From positions 2,378 through 62,232 of the forward strand of contig CAZTED010000001.1 in NCBI GenBank assembly GCA_964612175.1: a DNA stretch of 59,855 nt. The letters are read 5' to 3'. Shown here piece after piece: positions 39,664 through 47,470 of this stretch. Source of the stretch: an uncultured Sphingomonadaceae bacterium. Lineage in GTDB: Bacteria; Pseudomonadota; Alphaproteobacteria; Sphingomonadales; Sphingomonadaceae. The notes under the pieces were generated by a model. It saw only the letters and a list, made by a program, of their open reading frames with translations. It was not told where the DNA came from and did not search any database. A program made the position numbers and the translations under genes. Positions within the stretch are counted from its first letter, which is position 1; the number at the start of each line of letters is the position of its first letter.

Positions 39664-40391
39664 ATGGTCACCAGGAAGAAGTTCGCGCCATTGGGCAGGT
39701 TTTCGAACACCTTGCCGCCATAGGCCCGGGCTGACGAAACCACCTGGCATTGCGGCCACTTGCCAAAGCGCGCGCCGGCCGCCTTGAGGAATGCAAGCGC
39801 CGTGGGTGTCACCGTCTCGCCCTGGGCATCGGCACCATAGACCGGCACGCCGGCGAGCATTTCCTGGACCGCCGGTGGCGGGCTGGCGAGCAGGCCGTGT
39901 TCGCAGCGGATCACCCCGTCACACATCGGCAGCGGGCTGCAATGGAACTCTGCCGGGTCGATCCGGGTGAACAGGGCTGCGGCAACGCAGGTGTCGAGGA
40001 TCGAATCAAGCGCGCCCACTTCATGGAAGTGCACCTCGTCCACCGAGCAGCCGTGCACCGTCGCCTCGGCCTCGGCCAGGATGGCGAAGGCGCGGCGGGC
40101 AAGTGCCTTGGCCGCACCATCAAGGGCGCTGCTGTCGATAATGTCGTAGATGATGGCCGGGGTGCGGTGATGGTGTTCTTGCGGCAGGGTGATGCGCGCC
40201 TGCCATCCGGTAATCCAGTTGACGTGGTGCGGTTCGATGGTGACGCAATCGGTCAGCGCCTCCAGGCCGATGGCATCGACAATGGCCGACAGTTCCGCAT
40301 TGCTGATACTGGCCAACCGGGCAAGACCGGTCAGCAGCATGTCTCCGCTGATCCCCGATGGCGTGCGCAGGACTATGGATTGCCGCTTCAC
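39660..40391 (-). CDS. larC: NPN nickel-insertion protein LarC, N-terminal portion only
   Basis: SGISGDM, EHHHR, VHFHEVGALDSILD, HGLL and VTPTA motifs; 243 aa with no C-terminal domain. Confidence 0.88.
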   Translation of the reverse strand: MKRQSIVLRTPSGISGDMLLTGLARLASISNAELSAIVDAIGLEALTDCVTIEPHHVNWITGWQARITLPQEHHHRTPAIIYDIIDSSALDGAAKALARRAFAILAEAEATVHGCSVDEVHFHEVGALDSILDTCVAAALFTRIDPAEFHCSPLPMCDGVIRCEHGLLASPPPAVQEMLAGVPVYGADAQGETVTPTALAFLKAAGARFGKWPQCQVVSSARAYGGKVFENLPNGANFFLVTM

Positions 40392-41056
40392 CGGTGGTTT
40401 CCTGCCATCATGTTGAGCATCCGGATGGCCCCGCAGGCCGCCCCGAACCCGTTGTCGATATTGGTGACGAGCACGCCCTGCCCGCAACTGGTCAGCATCG
40501 AATGGAGGGCGCTGTGCCCGCCTGCGGCCACGCCATAGCCGGTGGATGTCGGCACCGCGATCACCGGCTGGCCGGTCAGCCCGCCCATCACCGATGCCAG
40601 CGCCGCATCCCAGCCTGCCACCACGATCACGATGTCAAAGCTGCGGATATGGTCGATCCGCGCCAGCAGCCGGTGAATGCCGGCCACGCCCACATCGGCG
40701 ATGAGGTCAGTGACAAGGCCGGAAAAGGCGAGCGTCCGCTGTGCTTCCAGCGCGACCCGCAGATCGGATGTGCCCGCCGTTACCACCGCGACCGATCCGG
40801 CGCGCGCGGGCAGGTTGCCGTGCAGCGTCGCGGTCCAGCCTTGCGGATCATAATCCAGCGCCGGACAGCCAAGTGCCGCCAGTTCAGCATGGCGGTCCGG
40901 GGCAAGCCGGGTAAACAGCACCGGCGCACCGGGCTTGGCGTGCAGTTCGGCGATGATCGCCTGCAACGCGATGGCATCCTTGCCCTCGCAGAAAATCGCC
41001 TCGGGCATTCCCAGCCGGGACAATCGCTCTTCGTCATGCACGAAGCCGCTGGTCAT
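40388..41056 (-). CDS. larB: NPN biosynthesis carboxylase/hydrolase LarB
   Basis: PEAIFCEGK, AGTSD, DVGVAGIHRL, VPTSTGYG and NIDNGFGAA motifs. Confidence 0.93.
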   Translation of the reverse strand: MTSGFVHDEERLSRLGMPEAIFCEGKDAIALQAIIAELHAKPGAPVLFTRLAPDRHAELAALGCPALDYDPQGWTATLHGNLPARAGSVAVVTAGTSDLRVALEAQRTLAFSGLVTDLIADVGVAGIHRLLARIDHIRSFDIVIVVAGWDAALASVMGGLTGQPVIAVPTSTGYGVAAGGHSALHSMLTSCGQGVLVTNIDNGFGAACGAIRMLNMMAGNHR

Positions 41057-41871
41057 TGCGTGCGCTCCTTGTTGCCCACAAAGGCCCGGCCCGGGCGATA
41101 GGCCTCGGCATCGAGCACTGCGGTGGTGATCCCCGGCTCCTCCGAGGCGGCCAGCGCACGCAGGTCGGCGAGCAGTTGCGCGGTGATGGCCGGACGATCC
41201 GCTTCGGCCACCTCGACGATCAGCATGTCCCCGCGCACCCGGCAGCGCACGACATCCAGCCCGGCCTGCCGCCTGACCAGCGTTTCGCAGGCATGCACGG
41301 CGCGCAGCCGCTCGGCGGTGACGCGGGTGCCGGTGTAAAGGCGGCTTGCCAGGCACGGGGAAGACGGCAGTTCGGCAAATGGCACATCCAGCGCGCGCGC
41401 CAGCTGCCTGATGTCTTCCTTGGCAAACTGCGCCTCGATCCACGGATGGCGCACGCCGCGCTCTGCCGCTGCATCAAGCCCGGGGCGATATTCTCCAAGG
41501 TCATCCACATTGGCTCCGCTGAGGACCGTTCCGCTGTCATGGGCGGAAGCGATCTGCGCAAGGCTGTCGTAGAGGTTCGACTTGCAGAAATAGCAGCGGT
41601 TGACCGGGTTGGAGAGGTAGTTCTCATCCTTGAACTCGCCCGAGCGAACAATCGACAAGGTCCAGCCTTCCTGCGCCGCCAGGGCCCGCACCCGATCTGT
41701 AGCTTCGGGCGGGACAGCCGGGCTGATGGCGTGGGCGACAGTGACCCTGCCCGGGGCATGGCGATTGGCAACCAGCGCCAGCAGCGTGGAATCGATCCCG
41801 CCGCTGCAAGCGATGATCGCATGGTCCACGCTGTCCAGCCGGTCATGGATGCGGGTCAGGAGATCAGGCAC
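41053..41871 (-). CDS. larE: ATP-dependent sulfur transferase LarE
   Basis: PP-loop SGGIDS, NRCYFCK, DDLGEYRPG and SPCLASR motifs. Confidence 0.92.
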   Translation of the reverse strand: MPDLLTRIHDRLDSVDHAIIACSGGIDSTLLALVANRHAPGRVTVAHAISPAVPPEATDRVRALAAQEGWTLSIVRSGEFKDENYLSNPVNRCYFCKSNLYDSLAQIASAHDSGTVLSGANVDDLGEYRPGLDAAAERGVRHPWIEAQFAKEDIRQLARALDVPFAELPSSPCLASRLYTGTRVTAERLRAVHACETLVRRQAGLDVVRCRVRGDMLIVEVAEADRPAITAQLLADLRALAASEEPGITTAVLDAEAYRPGRAFVGNKERTQ

Positions 41872-42460
41872 AGCTTGGCTCCGGGCAATGACCATAGAGC
41901 TGGTGGTGCCGGATGTATTCCGCCACGGGCCGGGGGAGCAGCTCGTCCGGCGGCCACCGTCCTGCTGCCAGCATGGCCCGCACTTGCGTGGATGAAGCGG
42001 CAACCTTCGGCAAGTCCAGCCAGATCAGGCGGCTGTCGGCTGACGATGGCCGGTCGCCAGACCGGGGGAGCAGCACAAAGCGCAGCATGGCATGCAGGTC
42101 ATCGATACCCTTCCAGTGCGGCAGGCGATCGAGGCAGTCATCGCCAAGCAGGAAAAACAGCTCGGCCCCGGCAGCAAGCGATCCGCGCAGTGCGCGAACC
42201 GTGTCCACGGTGAAGCTCGGTCCGGCCCGGTCAATCTCGATGCGGCTCACTTCCAGCCGCGCATCGCCGGCAACCGCCAGTTCCAGCATCGCCAGCCGAT
42301 GAGCGCCTTCCACCAGGCCCGTGTTGCCCTTCAGCGGCGGGCTGCCCGAGGGAATGAACACCAGCCGGTCAAGCCGCAAGGCCCCGCATGCGCCGCGCGC
42401 AGCCGCCAGGTGGCCTTCATGGACCGGGTTGAAGCAACCGCCATAAAGGCCGATGCGCAT
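41864..42460 (-). CDS. nadD: Nicotinate-nucleotide adenylyltransferase
   Basis: GGCFNPVHEGH, FIPSGSPPLK, SFTVDT, LGDD, SST and YIRHHQLY motifs. Confidence 0.9.
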   Translation of the reverse strand: MRIGLYGGCFNPVHEGHLAAARGACGALRLDRLVFIPSGSPPLKGNTGLVEGAHRLAMLELAVAGDARLEVSRIEIDRAGPSFTVDTVRALRGSLAAGAELFFLLGDDCLDRLPHWKGIDDLHAMLRFVLLPRSGDRPSSADSRLIWLDLPKVAASSTQVRAMLAAGRWPPDELLPRPVAEYIRHHQLYGHCPEPSCA

Positions 42461-42462
42461 GG

Positions 42463-43080
42463 TCAGGCACCTATCAGCCAATAGCCGCCAAAGGCCATGA
42501 CAACTGTGGCAACGGCACCGCGCAAGGGCCTTTCCAGCGCCTGGGCATAATGTCCGACGACATTGGTAAGCCGGTCGAAACCGAACCCGAAGCCCATCAT
42601 GCCCACCAGCACGCCAAGCGAAAACACCAGGACGTAGACCACGCCCAGCATGGGCGAGAGCAGCGTCATCGGGAGCAGCGCAAAGACCGCTGCACTGCCT
42701 GCCGTGCCGTGGACCATGCCGATGACAAACGGCGCCTTGCGCTGCAGGTAAGAGGGCTGCTGCCGGATATCCCGGCCGCGCCACAGTGCCAGCGCAAGGC
42801 TCCCCCCTGCGGCGATCATGATGATCCCGACCAGCCGTTCGGCGCCTTGCGGAAGGCTGTCCGGCAAGGGGAACTCGAACAGAAGCAGGGCGAGCGCGGC
42901 AATCACCAGGATGCCGCCGTGGCCAATGCCCCACGACAAGGCATATCTGCGTGTCGCATTGCGCGAATCCGGGCGTGATCCCAGCGATGCCATGGTCAGC
43001 ACGTGATCAGGATCGAAGGCATGCAGCATGCCCATCAGCAGGCCCGCGACCAGGACAGAGGCAAGTTCGAGCGTCATCAT
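42463..43080 (-). CDS. Nickel/cobalt permease (NicO/UreH-like)
   Basis: LHAFDPDH, WGIGH and GMVHGTAG motifs; about 6 TM helices. Confidence 0.82.
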   Translation of the reverse strand: MMTLELASVLVAGLLMGMLHAFDPDHVLTMASLGSRPDSRNATRRYALSWGIGHGGILVIAALALLLFEFPLPDSLPQGAERLVGIIMIAAGGSLALALWRGRDIRQQPSYLQRKAPFVIGMVHGTAGSAAVFALLPMTLLSPMLGVVYVLVFSLGVLVGMMGFGFGFDRLTNVVGHYAQALERPLRGAVATVVMAFGGYWLIGA

Positions 43081-43979
43081 GAGTGCGAATGTCCTGTTCG
43101 ATGGGCCGTCCACAGCTTGCGGATCGGCGCGGCAATTTCCTCGGCGATAACGGCGGGCGGCTGGCCTTCGCCAATGGCCCTGGCCAATTGCGGCAAGGCC
43201 GCCAGAACTTCGCGGGTGGGGCCCGGCAAGGCGACCAGCAGGGTCTCGCCGATCCGGCCACAGGCCACCCGGACATGCGGTTTCACATGGCGCCCGTGGC
43301 CGACCGTGTACTGCGCCAGCACGGCTGTCGAAAGATCGGGAGCCAACCGCTGCATCGCCTCGATCGTCTGGTCCTTGTCCTCTGCTCCCACGCCGCCGGT
43401 GGTGATGATCAGGCCATAGCCCTCGCCCAGCAGATGGCCCAGGCGCGCCGCGATCAGGGCCTGGTCATCATCGACCACGCCGGCGTGATCGACCATGTAG
43501 CCCTGTTCGCCCAGCACCGATCTGACGGCTGCGTAATTGGTGTCCTCGATCTCGCCGCGGGCAACCTCGCCCCCGGTAGAAAGGACCACCACCGAACGGG
43601 CGACATAGGCCTGCAGGTTGGCTTCCAGCCTTGCCGCATTGGCAATGATCTGCGCGGCCTGTTCGGCAGGGGCACCGATCACGCCGAGCACGCCGTGGCT
43701 GTGCACCGAAGCGCGCTGTCCGAGCCTGACCCCGGGAAAGGCCGCCAGCGCCTGCAGCAGTGCCGCTTCCCTGCCGGCAATGGCATCCAGGCTGACCGTT
43801 GGCGAAACCACATCGAACACGACCCGCCTATCGCGCACATCGGTGACGAAGATCTGCTCCGCGCCAAGGGCAAGCACTTCCCCGGCACACCGGGCAAGCC
43901 GGGTCAGGTCCACCGCGTCGAGCAGGATGTCTTCCACCCACAGCTCGGTCTTGGATAGCAGGTCAAGATCGGTCGCCAC
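43077..43979 (-). CDS. MocF/CinA-like (molybdopterin-binding domain) protein with N-terminal extension, copy 1
   Basis: STGGEVARGEIEDTN, ITTGGVGAEDKDQT and ALPGP motifs. Confidence 0.8.
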   Translation of the reverse strand: MATDLDLLSKTELWVEDILLDAVDLTRLARCAGEVLALGAEQIFVTDVRDRRVVFDVVSPTVSLDAIAGREAALLQALAAFPGVRLGQRASVHSHGVLGVIGAPAEQAAQIIANAARLEANLQAYVARSVVVLSTGGEVARGEIEDTNYAAVRSVLGEQGYMVDHAGVVDDDQALIAARLGHLLGEGYGLIITTGGVGAEDKDQTIEAMQRLAPDLSTAVLAQYTVGHGRHVKPHVRVACGRIGETLLVALPGPTREVLAALPQLARAIGEGQPPAVIAEEIAAPIRKLWTAHRTGHSHS

Positions 43980-43982
43980 GGT

Positions 43983-45395
43983 TCAGGCAAGCCCGCGCTG
44001 CGCCAGCCACTTGGGCAGCAATTCCTCGCCCACGGTCTTGTCGACGGCGGGCGCACGCTCCTTCAGCAGGTCGGCCAGCGCCTGGTTGCAGGTGAGGTGA
44101 CCGTAGCTGCCATCGAACACGATCAGCTTGTCGGTCTGGCCCTTCTCGCAGGCCATGGCGATGCCCTGTTCCAGGCTGTCGACCACCTTGGCCCGGTCCA
44201 TCAGCAGGGGGTTGGACGAATCCTCGCGCCACATCCGGGCCTGCTCTTCACCCACGATGTACATCGGCGTCGTGAACGGCATGGTGACATAGGGAATGCC
44301 CGCCCCGACCCATGCCTGGTTGACCACGATGCCGCGCAGGTTCTTGTTGCGCGAGAAGTTTACCGGCGCAGTGGGCGATTGCATGAAGCCGGCCACCACC
44401 GGCTGATCGAGATCGAACGAATCCGAATGGTTGGTCAGGAGCGTGCCGAAGATCAGCCCGCCGCCGTGCAGGTAGTACCCCCAGCGCCCGCCGTCCCAGA
44501 TCGCCACGCAGTCCTTGATCTCGGCGAACAGGCGCTGCATCCGGCCGTAGGTTTCCAGGTGGCTCTTGGTTATGCGCCGGTCGATCGCATACAGGTCAGT
44601 CGTCGCATCCACCCCGACCACCCCCATCGGGGTCGTGCACAGCACCGAGCTGAAGGTGTAGCGCTGCTGGATGAAGTCGGAATCGAACAGGGCGCGCGGG
44701 ATCACGCTGCCGCTGCGGTTGCCGAACATGCTGTGATAGACCGAGCGCGTCTCGTAGCGCGCATAGGACATGCAGAACGACTTGAACGACTTGTAGAGCA
44801 GGCGGTTGAAATACATCTCGCGCGGGTCGTCGTAATAGGCATGGATGAACTTGGGGGCATCGAATGCACGCTTGATCAGGTACATCGGCCCGATCGCCGT
44901 CTCGACCTCTACCCCCTGGTCGAACGGCCCCAATCCCTTGACGCGGCCCTCGAAGGCTTCGTTGAAACCGAAATGCTCGGCCACTTCATCGGCCTCGCGG
45001 AAACCGCGATAGATGGCGAGCCGCAGGTTGACCTTGCGGCAGCCCGTCCGCTCGATCACGACTTCGCGGATGGTCTTGATCATCTCGGCATAGGGCCAGC
45101 CGCCCATCAGGCCAAATCCGTGCTCGGAAGCCAGGATGTTGACGCTGTCGGTTGCCGAAATGTCCGACATGTCGACATTCGCCAACGAGTCCCGGGTAGC
45201 CTGGCGGATCTTCTCCAGGTCGGCCTCCAGCGTCTCCGGAGTGCCAGAGGTGATCGGAGGGGCAAAATCGGGAAAGAACTCGGTCAGCGGCACCGAAACC
45301 ATCGAATCCAGCGTCTCGCAAACGTGCGGCTGGAGCGCCGGACCATAGTCCGAATGCATGAATGCCGGCGGCTTGATCGCAGCAGATACCGTCAT
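43983..45395 (-). CDS. Divergent LarA-superfamily (putative NPN-dependent) enzyme, copy 1
   Basis: Long ORF coupled to its neighbours; K-x15-H (KSFCMSYARYETRSVYH); clear paralog of 47471-48901; sits with larBCE. The CDS is secure; the family call is inference. Confidence 0.6.
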   Translation of the reverse strand: MTVSAAIKPPAFMHSDYGPALQPHVCETLDSMVSVPLTEFFPDFAPPITSGTPETLEADLEKIRQATRDSLANVDMSDISATDSVNILASEHGFGLMGGWPYAEMIKTIREVVIERTGCRKVNLRLAIYRGFREADEVAEHFGFNEAFEGRVKGLGPFDQGVEVETAIGPMYLIKRAFDAPKFIHAYYDDPREMYFNRLLYKSFKSFCMSYARYETRSVYHSMFGNRSGSVIPRALFDSDFIQQRYTFSSVLCTTPMGVVGVDATTDLYAIDRRITKSHLETYGRMQRLFAEIKDCVAIWDGGRWGYYLHGGGLIFGTLLTNHSDSFDLDQPVVAGFMQSPTAPVNFSRNKNLRGIVVNQAWVGAGIPYVTMPFTTPMYIVGEEQARMWREDSSNPLLMDRAKVVDSLEQGIAMACEKGQTDKLIVFDGSYGHLTCNQALADLLKERAPAVDKTVGEELLPKWLAQRGLA

Positions 45396-46006
45396 CACAC
45401 GTTCTCCTTGTGCAGCGGGCCGTACTTGTGGTCCGGATCGAACACGGCGCGATCCTCCGCGATGTAGGCATCGGGATACTTCGCGCAGACTTCATCGCTG
45501 AGGTCGTAAAGCGACAGCGTGGACGGGTACCAGCGGTGCTGGCCCGGCGGGGTCATGTCACGCCCGGCCGCTTCCAGCAGGCGCAGCGCAGGGGCAACGC
45601 AGTAGATGCCGCAACCCGACCGCATGCCGGTCATGGCGCAGACTTCCTCGAGGTTCATGGCCCCCTTCACCACGGCACCGGCGATTTCCGAAGCCGGCGT
45701 AAGTGTGCACACACAAACCGAGACCGCAGCATCGATACCGGCCTTTTCGAGCAGGGCACTGACCGCCGCCTGATCGACTTCCTCGGGCCTGACCGTGGCC
45801 ACCAGCGGCACTTCGCGCGGCTGCATCCACATGATGTCTTCCGGGCACCGGTCTACGCAGCGGCCACAACCGATGCACAGGTCCTCGTTGATTACCGGCT
45901 TGCGCGCCTCCATGGTGATCGCGGCGCTGGGACAGACGATGTCGCACAGCTTGCAGCCGATGCACGGCTCGACTTCATAATCCGCAACGAGCTTTATCGT
46001 AGCCAT
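45395..46006 (-). CDS. 2x[4Fe-4S] plus BFD-like [2Fe-2S] protein, copy 1
   Basis: CIGCKLCDIVCP, CIGCGRCVDRCP, CVC...GCGIYC. Confidence 0.85.
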   Translation of the reverse strand: MATIKLVADYEVEPCIGCKLCDIVCPSAAITMEARKPVINEDLCIGCGRCVDRCPEDIMWMQPREVPLVATVRPEEVDQAAVSALLEKAGIDAAVSVCVCTLTPASEIAGAVVKGAMNLEEVCAMTGMRSGCGIYCVAPALRLLEAAGRDMTPPGQHRWYPSTLSLYDLSDEVCAKYPDAYIAEDRAVFDPDHKYGPLHKENV

Positions 46007-46019
46007 GCCCTGGCCTCCC

Positions 46020-46700
46020 TTACGATCCGTGAACCGGAGATCTCTGGTCTGTTCGCAGTGCGTCCAGCAGGACACGGATCTGCGTGAACGCGGCGGCAAT
46101 CGGCCGCCCGCCCTTGGGGTTGGCGAACAAGGCCTGGGCCAGGCCCCAGATCGAGTGGACGTGGAGCACCGCCAGCGCATGACAGTTGCTGCTGGCAGGG
46201 ATCAGCCCTGCCTTGCGACACAATTCGAACAATCGCTCGATCCGCGCGATAAGGTCTACCGTCAGGGCATGGACCCGCGCCGTCAGCGCAGCATCGGTTC
46301 CCATGAGGGCGGCGGCATGCAGGGCCATTTCGCCCCGCACCGCAACGCTGTGCTCGTTCGTGCCGTGAAGGTCGCCATAATAGGCACTGACCGCCTCCAG
46401 GTGACGGATCAGGCAGGCCCAGGCTTCCTCTCCGGTTGCATCGGCCCTGCATTGCAGAAGCTCGAGATGGTTGTCGCGCCGGATGCGTTCATCGAGCAGT
46501 TCGAGCGCAAGGCTGGCCTTGTCGGGATAATGGTACTGGGCAAGGGTCCGGCTGAACCCTGCCTCCAGGCTGATCGCGGCAAGCGTCGTTCCCTCGAAGC
46601 CATCCGAACCGAACAGCGCCAGGGCAGCAGCGCGAATACGCTCCTTGGCCGCTTCTGTCCGCGCTTCCTGCGTGCGCACCGCCACGGCTCCGCCCGCCAT
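46020..46700 (-). CDS. TetR/AcrR family regulator
   Basis: RTQEAR...GFEGTTLAAISLEAGFSRTLAQYHYPDK HTH. Confidence 0.88.
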   Translation of the reverse strand: MAGGAVAVRTQEARTEAAKERIRAAALALFGSDGFEGTTLAAISLEAGFSRTLAQYHYPDKASLALELLDERIRRDNHLELLQCRADATGEEAWACLIRHLEAVSAYYGDLHGTNEHSVAVRGEMALHAAALMGTDAALTARVHALTVDLIARIERLFELCRKAGLIPASSNCHALAVLHVHSIWGLAQALFANPKGGRPIAAAFTQIRVLLDALRTDQRSPVHGS

Positions 46701-46743
46701 CTGGCCTCTCCCCGAATCCTCTTGCCTTGGCGGCTCTACAAAC

Positions 46744-46760
46744 TTACTGTCTAACAGTAA
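46744..46760. promoter_or_regulatory. Palindromic operator of the divergent NPN locus
   Basis: Perfect TTACTGT-CTA-ACAGTAA in the 117-bp divergent intergenic region. Confidence 0.7.
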
Positions 46761-46817
46761 ATAAGTTTCGCGGCACTCATGCCGATGTTGGCGAGGCAGC
46801 ACCAAGGGAGCGGGACA

Positions 46818-47468
46818 TTGCCAAAGCGCGTGCGCATGGTGGCGCAGATCGTTGCCGACAAATGCACAGGCTGCCGCCTCTGCGAACAGGTGTGCCCCAC
46901 CGTTGCCATCGGCATGCGTCCCCGGCGCGAGGATGAGCCGGGCAAGGGGCGCAACATCGCCGTTCTGGCACCAGAGGCCTGCTACAATGCCCAGGCCTGC
47001 GTCGAGATATGCCCCGATGACGCGATCGAGATGGTCGAACTGGCCGAACCGTTCGATGTCGGCTTCACCCTGCCCGAAGTGGACGAAGATGCAGTCAGGG
47101 CCCTGTGCCGCAAGGCCGGCTATGGCCGCACCATGCAGATCTGCGTGTGCACCGATACCAAGGCGGGCGAGATCGCCACGGCCATCATTGCCGGGGCCCA
47201 TTCACCCGAAGCGGTCTCGCTGGCCACGGGAGCGCGCACCGGCTGTGTGGAACTGTGCATGCAGCCGATCCTGCACTTGCTGGCATGCGCCGGCCACGGC
47301 GATGCCCCGCGCAATCCGAAGAACGGGTTCCAGTGGTACGGCGAATCGGCAACCCTGTGGCAGCACGTCCAGCCCGACGGGACCCTGCCCGAAGCGATCA
47401 GGCAGGCCTTCCCCGAATATCCGATCGACAAGGAATTCGGCGACATGGCGAAACTGAAAAGGCGCTGA
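46818..47468 (+). CDS. Fe-S dicluster plus BFD-like [2Fe-2S] protein, copy 2
   Basis: CTGCRLCEQVCP, CYNAQACVEICP, CVC...GCVELC; TTG start after GGGAG (uncertain). Confidence 0.85.
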   Translation: MPKRVRMVAQIVADKCTGCRLCEQVCPTVAIGMRPRREDEPGKGRNIAVLAPEACYNAQACVEICPDDAIEMVELAEPFDVGFTLPEVDEDAVRALCRKAGYGRTMQICVCTDTKAGEIATAIIAGAHSPEAVSLATGARTGCVELCMQPILHLLACAGHGDAPRNPKNGFQWYGESATLWQHVQPDGTLPEAIRQAFPEYPIDKEFGDMAKLKRR

Positions 47469-47470
47469 TC

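Noticed and set aside
39500..39760. Programmed frameshift extending larC into a larC2 domain
   Set aside because: The downstream sequence encodes the NadC-like protein with its own GTGA-coupled start, and no LarC2-like frame is evident.
38851..43979. Molybdenum-cofactor locus suggested by the ModD-like and MocF-domain genes
   Set aside because: No moa, moe or modABC genes and no molybdoenzyme subunit; larBCE and the Ni permease point to nickel.
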